Source: Dehalococcoidia bacterium
GTDB taxonomy: Bacteria > Chloroflexota > Dehalococcoidia > UBA2979
DNA: 64,000 nt
NCBI GenBank assembly: GCA_964291495.2
Contig: OZ219871.1
Coordinates: 768,001 to 832,000 of the forward strand
Direction of reading: 5' to 3'
Of this stretch, positions 30,589 to 40,002 are shown in pieces. How positions within the stretch are numbered: position 1 is the stretch's first letter; each line of letters opens with the position of its first letter. The position numbers were made by a program, and so were the translations under genes. The notes beneath the pieces are model-generated. The model had not been told where the DNA came from. It saw only the letters and a program-made list of their open reading frames with translations, and did not search any database.

Positions 30589-32226
30589 TCAGTCGCCGTC
30601 GGTCGACGGAGTGTCGAGCACGAACCAGCGCCCTTCCCAGGAACGCCCCATGGCGAAGGTGACCGCCAGCTCGTGCGAGCCCCCGTCACGGACCGCCCCG
30701 GTTCGGTAGTCGACGAACTCGTACTCGACCGTGCCGATCGCCTTGAACCCGTGGCTGGCCGTGGTCTGCATGTTGCCCAGCCAGACCGCGATCAACTCCA
30801 GCTCGTCCACGTGATACGTCGCCACGCGCACCTCGGTCCCGTCCTGCCCGGCGGCGACCACATCGAGCAGCCGGAACAGTCGGTTGCCGTGGTTGACCGC
30901 GCTGAGCCAGCCCGCCTCGCCGCGTCGCAGGGCCTCCGACTCGATGGCCAGGTTCTGGCCGAGCATGGCGGCGATGGCATCGGCCTCGGCCTGGGTCGGG
31001 TTGCCGAGGATGACCTGGCCCTCACCGAGCGTTGGCGACGGCATGGCGAACGGCTCGATCGCCGGCAGCTCGGCCAGATCCATGATCTCGCCCTCGCCCG
31101 GCACGTCCACCGCGCTGCGCGCCGGGGAGCCGGCGAGGACGATCGCGCCCGCCGCCAGCGCCACGGCCGGCGCCGCCAGCAGCAGGAACGCGCGCGATCG
31201 GCGGCGAGGCGCCCTCGCCTCGGGGACGGGCGGAGCGGCTTCGGCGTCCGCGGCGACGGGCGGGCCGAACCGATCGAAGGCGGGTCGCAGCGCGCACAGC
31301 AGGACCAGGCCGGCGAGCAGGCCGACCTTGGCGCCGAACTCGTCGGTCGCCGGCGCGATCAGCAGGGTCGACACGAGCGCCACGCCCACCGCGAACGCCA
31401 CCCGAGACCTCGGTGCAACGGGGATCGTCCGCGGGTCGGTGATCATGAAGAACAGGAAGATCAGCGTCTCGGGTGAGCTGACCACGACCCACCAGAAGTC
31501 GCCGTCGCAGACCGGATCGACCGACCAGCGCGCCGTCATGCAGTGCCCGGACGCGGCCAGGACCCCCAGGCCCGCCGCCAGCGCCAGCCAGAACGCCGCG
31601 CCCATGGCCAGCAGCGCCAGGCGCGAGGTGATGAGCACACCGCCGATCAGGATCACGCCGTAGGCCAACGCCATCCACGGCGACAGCGGGGCCCACCAGA
31701 AGTCGAGCGGCTCGACCCGGTTGCTGCCGAGCAGTACGAACGCCGCGACGAGCGCCACGTTGGACGGGTTGAGCAGGTGGGTTCCGCCATAGCGGATCGC
31801 GTACTTCGAGAGCATGGCGCCGCCGCTGACCGCGGCGAACAGCGCCACGTCGCCGGTCGCCCAGTAGTCGCCGTGCTCGGTGCCGATCACGCGGAAGATC
31901 AGGGCGATGCCGCTCCCGGTCAGCATGGCGCTCGCCGGCCAGACCAGCCGCTGTTCGCGAACGAAGATCCAGACCACCTCGATCAGCGCGCTGACCAGGA
32001 TCGCCACGAGGATCTGCGGCACCGACACGGCGAAGTCGAGCGCGACCTGGCCGAGCACGTGGATCGTGATGATCACCGCCGCGAGGTGGAGCCTCGCGTC
32101 CCGGATGCTCGGGAGCACCACCGGATACGAGCGGCTGCCGACCCGGAGCCGGCGCTCCGGCGAGGCGGCGCCGGCCGCGAGCGCCTCGTGCGGCGGGGCG
32201 GCGGTCGGCGGGGCGTAGAGCGACAC
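30589..32226 (-). CDS. RnfD/NqrB/UnbU-like membrane protein with a C-terminal soluble domain
   Basis: PASAMLTG, SKYAIR..GTHLLNPSN, FLFFMITDPRTIP; about 10 TM segments. Confidence 0.75.
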   Translation of the reverse strand: MSLYAPPTAAPPHEALAAGAASPERRLRVGSRSYPVVLPSIRDARLHLAAVIITIHVLGQVALDFAVSVPQILVAILVSALIEVVWIFVREQRLVWPASAMLTGSGIALIFRVIGTEHGDYWATGDVALFAAVSGGAMLSKYAIRYGGTHLLNPSNVALVAAFVLLGSNRVEPLDFWWAPLSPWMALAYGVILIGGVLITSRLALLAMGAAFWLALAAGLGVLAASGHCMTARWSVDPVCDGDFWWVVVSSPETLIFLFFMITDPRTIPVAPRSRVAFAVGVALVSTLLIAPATDEFGAKVGLLAGLVLLCALRPAFDRFGPPVAADAEAAPPVPEARAPRRRSRAFLLLAAPAVALAAGAIVLAGSPARSAVDVPGEGEIMDLAELPAIEPFAMPSPTLGEGQVILGNPTQAEADAIAAMLGQNLAIESEALRRGEAGWLSAVNHGNRLFRLLDVVAAGQDGTEVRVATYHVDELELIAVWLGNMQTTASHGFKAIGTVEYEFVDYRTGAVRDGGSHELAVTFAMGRSWEGRWFVLDTPSTDGD

Positions 32227-32658
32227 GGCTGGTTCCTTCGTCCAGCGCCGCCTCGCGCCAGCTCTCACGGTCGAAGCGACCGAAGGCCCCGCTCGAACGG
32301 CATGAGCGTAAGCCTATTGGTCCGGGTGGGCCGTGCGCATTCCCGTCGTCTCACAGTGTGAATCGTGGCCGGGGATCTGCGCACTCCGGGCTGGGTACGC
32401 TGCGAGCCGGGACACCGTTCCGTAGTGCGAAACCGGGCGCGGAGGGGGGGTGATAGCGTGGAGCCCGGAGAGACCCGACCAGCGGAGGGAAGAGGCGAGG
32501 ACGACTTCCTCGACGGCCTGGACGTGCTCCCCGGCTTCTCCTGCGCGGTGCGCGCCGTCTTCGGGGGGTAGACGCGCGGGCCTCGGGCACGAGCCCGGCG
32601 GCCGGACGAAGTGCATGCAGGCGCCTCGCCTCAACAGGAACAGGGGAGGGAACACACG

Positions 32659-33771
32659 GTGAAGATCACCGACGTCACGGTCACCGAACTCCGGGCCACG
32701 CCGGATCGGGAGCCACCCGCCGCGGCCGGCCGATTCATCATCCAGGTCCACACCGACGAGGGGCTGACCGGCATCGCGGAAGGCAAGGGCAACGCCGCCG
32801 TGACCCGGACCTACCTCCACGAGCTGATCAAGCCCTTGATCGTCGGCATGGACCCGCTGCGCCCGCGCGGGATCTGGGAGGCGCTGCGCCTGGGCGTTGT
32901 GTTGTTGACCCGCTTCCCCACGCAGGTCGTCGGACCCATCGACGTCGCCTGCTGGGACATCGTGGGCAAGGCCGCCGGGCTCCCGTTGCACGCGCTCCTG
33001 GGCGGCGCGCTCCGCACCGAGATCCCCCTCTACTGGAGCCGGGGCAACGGGTGGCGCAAGAATCCAGAGGAGATGCTGGAGGAGGTCCAGGAGGGATACG
33101 AGCGGGGCTTCCGCGCCTTCAAGATCCGGATGGATTGGCGCGACAACCGGCAGGACGGCGACCCGGCCAAGGACTTCGCCATCTTCCAGCGTTGCCGCGA
33201 GTGGCTGCCCGACGATGTCCCGCTGAGCTTCGACGCCAACTGCGGCTATTCCGTGCCCACCGCCATCGAGCAGGGGCGCCGCTTCGAGGAGTTGGGCATC
33301 GCCCACTTCGAGGAGCCGCTGCCGCACTACGACCTGCCGGGGCTGCGCCAGGTCGTCGACGCGCTCGACTGCGCCGTCTCCACCGGCGAGGGCGAGACCT
33401 CGTCCTGGCGGTTCCGCGACCTGATCCAGATCGGCAATCCCGACATCCTCCAGCCCGACGTGATCATCGTGGGCGGCCTGACCGAGATGCTGCGCGTCTT
33501 CGAGCTGGCCGTCGTGCACAACAAGGTGCTCATGCCGCACAGCCCGAACATCGGGCCCAACGCGGCGGCCAGCCTGCACGCCTACAGCACGGTCACCAAC
33601 GCCGTCCGGCCGCACGAGTTCTCGGAGGAGTTCACCGGCCCCGCCGAGGTGGTCGGCGAGATCTACCAGGAGCCCCTCATCCCGGAAGGCGGCGTGATCC
33701 GGCTGCCGGACCGGCCCGGGCTGGGCCTAGAGATCGACCAGGCCGCCCTGCGCAAGGCCGCGGTCGATTAG
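32659..33771 (+). CDS. Mandelate racemase/muconate lactonizing enzyme family (enolase superfamily)
   Basis: MKITDV, TDEGLTG, DVACWDIVGK, AFKIR, DANC, FEEP, TGE, QPD, PH, PGLG. Confidence 0.92.
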   Translation: MKITDVTVTELRATPDREPPAAAGRFIIQVHTDEGLTGIAEGKGNAAVTRTYLHELIKPLIVGMDPLRPRGIWEALRLGVVLLTRFPTQVVGPIDVACWDIVGKAAGLPLHALLGGALRTEIPLYWSRGNGWRKNPEEMLEEVQEGYERGFRAFKIRMDWRDNRQDGDPAKDFAIFQRCREWLPDDVPLSFDANCGYSVPTAIEQGRRFEELGIAHFEEPLPHYDLPGLRQVVDALDCAVSTGEGETSSWRFRDLIQIGNPDILQPDVIIVGGLTEMLRVFELAVVHNKVLMPHSPNIGPNAAASLHAYSTVTNAVRPHEFSEEFTGPAEVVGEIYQEPLIPEGGVIRLPDRPGLGLEIDQAALRKAAVD

Positions 33772-33909
33772 ACACAGCCCCGGCGAACAGCCCGCGCATC
33801 CTCACGACCGGCGCACGTCGGCCGCCGACGAGCCTCACGCATCACTCTGGGGGCGCGGGTGGAGGCGGCACTGCCACCTCGCTGGTGCGGAACCAGACGC
33901 CGGCGGGTC

Positions 33910-33955
33910 GGCGGGCACGTAGCGGATGGCGGGCACGTAGCGGATGGCGGGCACG
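33910..33955 (+). repeat. 18-bp tandem repeat, about 2.5 copies
   Basis: (GGCGGGCACGTAGCGGAT)2 GGCGGGCACG. Confidence 0.9.
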
Positions 33956-34049
33956 ATCCGCTCGCCGGCGGCGCCGCGGAAGCCAACTCGACGCGACCGT
34001 CCGCCAGACGCCGGATGCGGACCTTGCCGATGGCCACGCGCGGAGCGTA

Positions 34050-35027
34050 GAGCAGATCAAGCTGGGCCTCGGCGTGGTGATCCTGCCGTACCACCATCCG
34101 GCCAGGGTTGCGGAGCGGGTCGCCATGCTGGACCACCTCTCGGACGGACGCGTGGACTTCGGAACAGGTCGTTCAGGCACCTACGAGCTCACGGGTTTGG
34201 GAGTCGACCCTCGAGACTCGCGCGGGATGTGGGAGGAATCGCTCACTATGATTCCCAGGATCTGGGATTCCGATTGGTTCTCCTGGGAGGGCCGCTACTG
34301 GAGTATGCCGCCGCGGCAGGTGCTGCCCAAGCCCTACCAGAAACCGCACCCGCCGATCTGGGTCGCCGCCCAGCAGCCGGCAACCTTCGACATCGCAGCC
34401 GAGAAGGGCATCGGAGTCCTGGCGTTGGGCTCCAGCACTCCGAGCACTCTGGAGCCCTTCGTGCGGGCATACAAGGAAAAGGTCCGGGACGCCGACCCCG
34501 TGGGCGACTTCGTGAACGACCGGTGGGCCAGCGCCACGTTCGGTATCTGTATGGAAGACAACAAGGAGGCCCGTGAGCTGGCTGCGAAGTCCATCAGGAC
34601 CTTCTTCGGCCCCGGCAAGCCGTACATCGATCAGAAGCAGGAGATCTACAAGCAGCTTCTGGAACAGTGGGGTGGTGTGCCCAATCATCTCGAGGTTGAC
34701 TTCAACAGGGTCTTGAAGGGCGAACGCAACCCCCATCTCGAGGATTCCTTCGACCTCGCAGGCGGAGGCTCGATCCACCAGTCCATGATCGAACGGCTGG
34801 ACGCCGACACACTCGCCGATCGAGCGGTAACGATCGCGGGCGACCCCGACAGTTGCATCGAGGCCTTGAAGAAGCACGAGGCCACTGGCATCGACCAGTT
34901 GATGATCATGATGCAGACGGAGACCATCCCCCACGAACAGGTGATGAAGTCGATCGAGCTCTTCGGCAAGTACGTGCTCCCGGAATTCAAACGGTCCGCC
35001 GCGGCGCCCGCGGAGGCCACGGCGTAG
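34050..35027 (+). pseudogene. LLM-class flavin-dependent oxidoreductase lacking its N-terminus
   Basis: Homology starts at EQIKLGLGVVILPYHHPARVAERVAMLDHLSDGRVDFGTGRS; PKPYQKPHPPIWVA. The N-terminal region with the EHH motif and a start codon is absent. Confidence 0.8.
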
Positions 35028-35296
35028 CCGCCTCGAGCTGATCGGGGCTCGAGAAGGTGGGGATGGCGGACGACGGATTCACGCCGGACTGGGACGCGCT
35101 GACCGAGGACGGAGCGTCAGGCGAGCTTGAGGGCGCGATCCCGCACAAAATAGGTAGAGTTGGCGAGGATTTTTCTCACCACTGCACGAACATGGGCATC
35201 GACGCTCGACATTCACAAACCTGAGCGGGCGTACGTGCCCTTCCGGAGGACGTTTGCGCGGCCAGTCAGCGCCGCCACCCGCAAGTCCTGAGGCAA

Positions 35297-35314
35297 TCTC
35301 TCTCTCTCTCTCTC
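35297..35314. repeat. (TC)9 microsatellite
   Basis: TCTCTCTCTCTCTCTCTC. Confidence 0.9.
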
Positions 35315-35494
35315 GCTGGATTGCCGGCATGACGACGTGCTCGTGCAAGTAGGGTGCGCTCCGGTTCTGCGTGGAGCTGTCTCTCTGAGCGACCGAGAAC
35401 CCGTGCGCCGCTAACCTCGACTACACTTGAGACCCCGGCTACCAGTAGCGCGTCGTGCGCTGCACCACTGGTGATCACCCACTACAGAGATGGC

Positions 35495-36607
35495 ATGCCT
35501 GTGTCCAGCGACCGTAGCGAGCCGAACGAACTCGGGTCAGTCGATATCGAGTGGGGCGTCGATATGGACACGATGTCCTTCACACCCACGGTATCCGGCG
35601 CCTCCGGTCAGGCGATCAACTACCGGGGCCGTTGCCAGGGTTGTTGGGGAAGCTTGGTTGGCAGGGTCGACGAACACCATGTCTGGACGGGGATAAGGTG
35701 CCGCGTGTGTGCGGAGACTGTCGTAGGCACGAAGGCTGCTGAGGAGGAGCGCAGGCTATCGATGGAGCTCTTTGGCAACGTCTTCAGGATGGAGTTCGGT
35801 TCGGACTCGGCCTACGAGGAGGGTCCGTTCGCCTTCAAGGTGTTCCCTAGCCTAGATCGGTTGACCGAGGAAGAACTCCGATATCGAGTCGCCGCCGCCA
35901 CTTCAAGGATTACCCGGAGCCAAGCTCGGTCTCACCTCACGAGGAAGGCGTTCCCGCTCGGTTCGGCCGGCTGGCTCTTCCTTCAAGCCAAAGTCTTGGT
36001 GTCGGGAGCGCCCGCCGAGCCTAGCCTCCGCACGCGGTTAACTGTCGGCTTTCCACAGGTAGACTTTAACGATGACGGTGCAGTTGCTGCGCGGTTTGAT
36101 ACAGCAAGAATGAGCCAAGACCCTGACTCCGACAGGCAAACTATGCTCAGTGTACTGGGGTCCAACATGCGCGATGCCATGGTGTCCGCCTTCTGTTGTG
36201 AACTCGCCATGAAGGCGATCTGCCTTACCTTCGAGGACATCGCGCCCAAGTCCCATGACCTCCATGAACTCTTCACCCATCTTCCCGAACAGAGCCAGGC
36301 TCGAGTCAAGGCAGACTACTCGGAGATTGAGGCGGTGCTCCTGAGAGAGCGACAGACTTTCGGGGCGTGGAGATACTTCGAGAGGGATTCCGAGGCCAGG
36401 GGGATGGGCGCCATGATCAATCCAATCAAGGCATCGGAGCTGAGCCGGGCCGCGAGAGTGATCCTCGACGAGGCGGAAATCATGGGCCTCAGTGGGAGAA
36501 TCTCGCTAGACACGCGACAACGAGTACAAGAAGCCCACGGATCGCGGAGGTACGACAACACAGTCGACGCAAGTGTACGGGGCACCGAGCGGCCACCTAG
36601 ACCCTAA
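35495..36607 (+). CDS. Zn-ribbon + HEPN-like domain protein
   Basis: CQGC-x17-CRVC; C-terminal AFCCELAMKA...SHDLHELF...FGAWRY pattern. Start uncertain (35495 or 35563). Confidence 0.6.
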   Translation: MPVSSDRSEPNELGSVDIEWGVDMDTMSFTPTVSGASGQAINYRGRCQGCWGSLVGRVDEHHVWTGIRCRVCAETVVGTKAAEEERRLSMELFGNVFRMEFGSDSAYEEGPFAFKVFPSLDRLTEEELRYRVAAATSRITRSQARSHLTRKAFPLGSAGWLFLQAKVLVSGAPAEPSLRTRLTVGFPQVDFNDDGAVAARFDTARMSQDPDSDRQTMLSVLGSNMRDAMVSAFCCELAMKAICLTFEDIAPKSHDLHELFTHLPEQSQARVKADYSEIEAVLLRERQTFGAWRYFERDSEARGMGAMINPIKASELSRAARVILDEAEIMGLSGRISLDTRQRVQEAHGSRRYDNTVDASVRGTERPPRP

Positions 36608-36684
36608 TCATCTCCCGATGCCCAGCTGTCGAGGCCCCTAGCGAGACTGGCCAGCAGATCCGTGTCGCGGATTGCGATCCAACG

Positions 36685-38175
36685 TCACGCTTCCAGCCAC
36701 TCGTCAGCGAGTGCCTCAGCATGCTCAGGTCTTCCCGCCAGAATGAGTCCTACAGCTTCCCGATACGGGGCGAGCGCCCCGTCCATACTCCTTGGGTGCT
36801 GGACGACTAGGCGAGCTATGTCGCCTGGCTCGAGCTTCAGTAGACCCTGCGGATATTGCCGGACCAACTGGGCCCTCGATTCGGACGTAGTTGAGGAGAG
36901 CATCGCCAGGCACCAAGCGGCCTGCTCATCAGGGCTCGTGATCCCAGGGAACCGCACACCGTAAAGCGTATTCGAGGCTGTGAGCCCCGACTTGCGATTA
37001 AGCGCCACCCAGGGCCTCGCGACCGACATGCCCGTTACGAAGCCGTCGAACGGTTCGGGGATCGGGACGCGATACCAAGGATCGCGGTCTCTGACCTTCA
37101 TGGCCTCCCGACGGCACCCGCCTTCGTCCTCAGGAAGGTCCAGGTATGCGCGAACAGCTGCGTGCGAGAGATCTTCCTCCTCCGGCCAAAAGAGCCACAC
37201 ACGCTCGCCGGCATCCCAAAGCCCAGTCCAAGCATCTTCGTCGATCTCCGAGCCGATGATGTGCTGTGCCTTGGATACGACCGGTCTGAGGACGGAGCGC
37301 GGGAGCCCGAGCGCGAGTCGCTGGGTCTCGTTGAGCAGGAAGAAACGTGCATCCCCGGTTACAGCGCCGACGCGGATCTGAGCGATTTCGCCAAACCGGA
37401 CCTGGTTTTCAGCGAGACACGACTCGGTGGAGCGCAGCCCACTACTGGTCACCGCCAAGTCGGGCGTGCAGACGGCTTGGCTTAGTGCAGACAATGTCCG
37501 ATGTCTGATCACTTGTGCTCTGCGCCGGGGCTCTCGTCCGAAACCGCGGCCAACGAGCAAGACGGAACCGTCGGCGACTGTCTCGAACATCGGGACGGAG
37601 ACGCGGTGCACGTCGAGTTCCTCGAATGATGACTCACAAATGCTCCTGAGTGGGCTGGCGTAGTTCGCGTACTCCCAGGCAGCCGGCAGGATGTAGGCCA
37701 GAGATCCGCCAGGCTTCAGCAGTCGCATGCCGGCAACGAGGAAGGCCACCCAGTAGTTGGCTGTCGCCGAAATGCCGAACCCGTCGAGTCGTGTCTCTAG
37801 GGCCGGGCGTGACAGAGCCTCCTCGAGCTCGCGAAGCCGCACGAAAGGAGGATTGGCTATAACGCGATCAAACCGCCGGTCGGTCCGCTGCGCCCAGCTC
37901 AAGAAATCAGTACCTAGCAGGTTCTCCACGCCGATGCTGTTCAGCGTAGGTAGGTCTGCCTGCAAGTCGATAGCCAAGATCGATTCGGCGGGAACACCTG
38001 CTCGAAGAACGGCGGCAATGAGCTGACCGGACCCTGCGCTCGGGTCGAGCCAAGAGGCGGCTTCTGCCGGGCCCACGGCCCGGACCAAGGCGTCGGCCAG
38101 AAGATCAGGGGTGTCCGCCATGCCCTTGTCCGGCGGGACGGCGACAGTTCGTCGTTCCCGCTCTGCGCTACTCAT
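36685..38175 (-). CDS. N6-adenine DNA methyltransferase, gamma class (Eco57I/PaeR7I-like)
   Basis: Motif I LDPSAGSG before motif IV ANPPF; LLKPGGSLAYILP; long C-terminal TRD. Confidence 0.88.
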   Translation of the reverse strand: MSSAERERRTVAVPPDKGMADTPDLLADALVRAVGPAEAASWLDPSAGSGQLIAAVLRAGVPAESILAIDLQADLPTLNSIGVENLLGTDFLSWAQRTDRRFDRVIANPPFVRLRELEEALSRPALETRLDGFGISATANYWVAFLVAGMRLLKPGGSLAYILPAAWEYANYASPLRSICESSFEELDVHRVSVPMFETVADGSVLLVGRGFGREPRRRAQVIRHRTLSALSQAVCTPDLAVTSSGLRSTESCLAENQVRFGEIAQIRVGAVTGDARFFLLNETQRLALGLPRSVLRPVVSKAQHIIGSEIDEDAWTGLWDAGERVWLFWPEEEDLSHAAVRAYLDLPEDEGGCRREAMKVRDRDPWYRVPIPEPFDGFVTGMSVARPWVALNRKSGLTASNTLYGVRFPGITSPDEQAAWCLAMLSSTTSESRAQLVRQYPQGLLKLEPGDIARLVVQHPRSMDGALAPYREAVGLILAGRPEHAEALADEWLEA

Positions 38176-38938
38176 CATCCCAGGACGCATTCCAGAGAGA
38201 GTCGAGCACGCTCTTGTTGTCGCGAACCGCCGCCAAGGCCTCCCCAAAATATCCTTCCAGCAAGTGGCTCTGGGACACTCTCAGGGAACCCGTCCAAGCG
38301 GGTTCCCGCCGGATATTCTTGTAAGCGTCTGGGTAGAACGTCGCTGCGACAAGCTCGGACGCAAGGACTAGGTCCATCGGCATATGGAGCATCCGTGGCA
38401 CGGAGAGTGCTTCCGGGAACCAATGCAGTTCATCGGGCCGCGCGTTGCCGCCGACCTGAAGGTGGTAGTGCGGACCAGCCTGGCCCGAGTTCGCGAGGTC
38501 AAAGTGAACCCTCAGCATGACACGGCCGGTGTCGGGGTTGGTCTTGTGTTCTAGAGCGGGTGCATCCCACTCCTTTCTGAAGTAGACCTGGGGCTCAAGG
38601 CTCCACACGCGTATGACGACGCGCAGATCAACCGGCCGTTCGGCCGGTTCCTCCTCCCAATAGGCGCTCAAGAAGAGGTCGACACGGACATCGAGGCCGT
38701 TCACCATCGTCTTCGCGAATCTCAGGGGGTTGTTGGGACCTATTCGGAATCCCCACGGGCGCGTTGGCCTCTCACGCCGCCCCTGCTGTTGGCTCACGTC
38801 GAACGCCTCCTTGGACTCAAGCAGCATCGACTTCGCTTGTACGATCACAGCCCCGGCGCCGTCATCGAGAATCGGTCGGAATCGGCTGTCGATGGTTTCC
38901 AGGCTCTGCTGAACCTGACCCGCGGTGATCCCCATCAA
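38168..38938 (-). CDS. Hypothetical protein with RVHFD...GPHYHLQVGG...PRMLHMPMD motif
   Basis: 256-aa ORF overlapping both neighbours; protein-like composition. Confidence 0.8.
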   Translation of the reverse strand: MMGITAGQVQQSLETIDSRFRPILDDGAGAVIVQAKSMLLESKEAFDVSQQQGRRERPTRPWGFRIGPNNPLRFAKTMVNGLDVRVDLFLSAYWEEEPAERPVDLRVVIRVWSLEPQVYFRKEWDAPALEHKTNPDTGRVMLRVHFDLANSGQAGPHYHLQVGGNARPDELHWFPEALSVPRMLHMPMDLVLASELVAATFYPDAYKNIRREPAWTGSLRVSQSHLLEGYFGEALAAVRDNKSVLDSLWNASWDDE

Positions 38939-40002
38939 ATGGCAGCCCGGATCTCTTCCAGGCGAGCCCTGCTTGCTGCCTCAACATACATTTCTTCGAC
39001 TTCATTGCTCTCGCGGATGGCTCTGAATGAGACGCGCGCTTCCTCCATTACAGGAGGTCGCGCATCCGGCTGATAGGGGAGCGAGGTTTCGATTCGGACG
39101 GGAACGCCGAGCACATGACACACCGTGTCGGCAGGACTACTGCCAGTCTCCTCGTCAGCGGACGGATCTAGCTCTAGGTCAAGGCTCTGGCCCGCAGCAA
39201 GGCGAAACCCCTCGCGCACTCCCCGTGCCGGATCTATGGATGCACACAATCGGCTCGCGATGTTGAAGAGAGAGTGCCGCCACCACCGCTGCTGCTCTTC
39301 CGAGAAGGGCCCTCGGTAGGTGGCGGGCTGCAGCAACACTTGGACAGCGTGCTGCCTGAAGCTCTCCAGCGAGATGCCAAGCGCTGTCGCTGCGTGTAGA
39401 TCGTCGTATAGGACTCCGGGATAGCGGAGAAGAACCGAGCGAAGCCAGTGGGCAACCTCGAACACTCTCCATCCGTCGCCTGGCGGTAGCGCCTCCAGGG
39501 CGTACCTCTGGCCAGCTTCATCTGTGTCGAGAAGTTCCAGCAGCGCCGACGCGGAGTGTTCCGGGGTACTACGCAGCGTTTGATACCCTCGGGCAAGCGA
39601 AACCAACCGCGCATGAGTACCGTCCGCGTCAGTCTCAAGCTCGGTGTCCTTGAACATGATGTCATCGAATGCCGCCCCGGTTAGGACGGTACGCTCCATT
39701 TGTGTCCACTTTCCAAGATTGCTTCTAGTAAGCAATACAATGGGTAAGTCCGGCTTTATCTCCCTTATTCGGGCGGCCAATGTCATCCCAAGGTACGGTG
39801 CGAAAGTTCCGTTTTCCTGTTTCGTATCCAACTCGTAATCAACAAGGAATAGATCTGCGTCGGCGTCAAGTAGAGGAGACATATCGAGATCAATCGGAGG
39901 TGCGAGAGGAATGACTTCAAAGTCACCAGCACAGATTCTCTCAATCAGCGCTGGAAGTGTAGTTCTGTCCTGATCGTCGACTAAGACTAGGTTGAACGTC
40001 AT
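38935..40002 (-). CDS. Response-regulator receiver domain + uncharacterised C-terminal domain
   Basis: LVLVDDQ, FLVDYEL (phosphoacceptor Asp), VLLT, MFK. No recognisable HTH output domain. Confidence 0.82.
   Translation of the reverse strand: MTFNLVLVDDQDRTTLPALIERICAGDFEVIPLAPPIDLDMSPLLDADADLFLVDYELDTKQENGTFAPYLGMTLAARIREIKPDLPIVLLTRSNLGKWTQMERTVLTGAAFDDIMFKDTELETDADGTHARLVSLARGYQTLRSTPEHSASALLELLDTDEAGQRYALEALPPGDGWRVFEVAHWLRSVLLRYPGVLYDDLHAATALGISLESFRQHAVQVLLQPATYRGPFSEEQQRWWRHSLFNIASRLCASIDPARGVREGFRLAAGQSLDLELDPSADEETGSSPADTVCHVLGVPVRIETSLPYQPDARPPVMEEARVSFRAIRESNEVEEMYVEAASRARLEEIRAAI

Noticed and set aside
30589-32226. Rnf/Nqr respiratory complex
   Set aside because: Only one RnfD-like gene; the other subunits are absent.
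33051-34049. N-terminal half of the 658-aa ORF as a real fusion to the LLM
   Set aside because: It overlaps the enolase-family gene out of frame and is Arg/Pro/Gly-rich; only the part from ~34050 is LLM-like.
35079-35348. SEC-C motif protein
   Set aside because: Only a partial Cys motif, a TTG start with no RBS, and the ORF spans a microsatellite; not enough support for a CDS.
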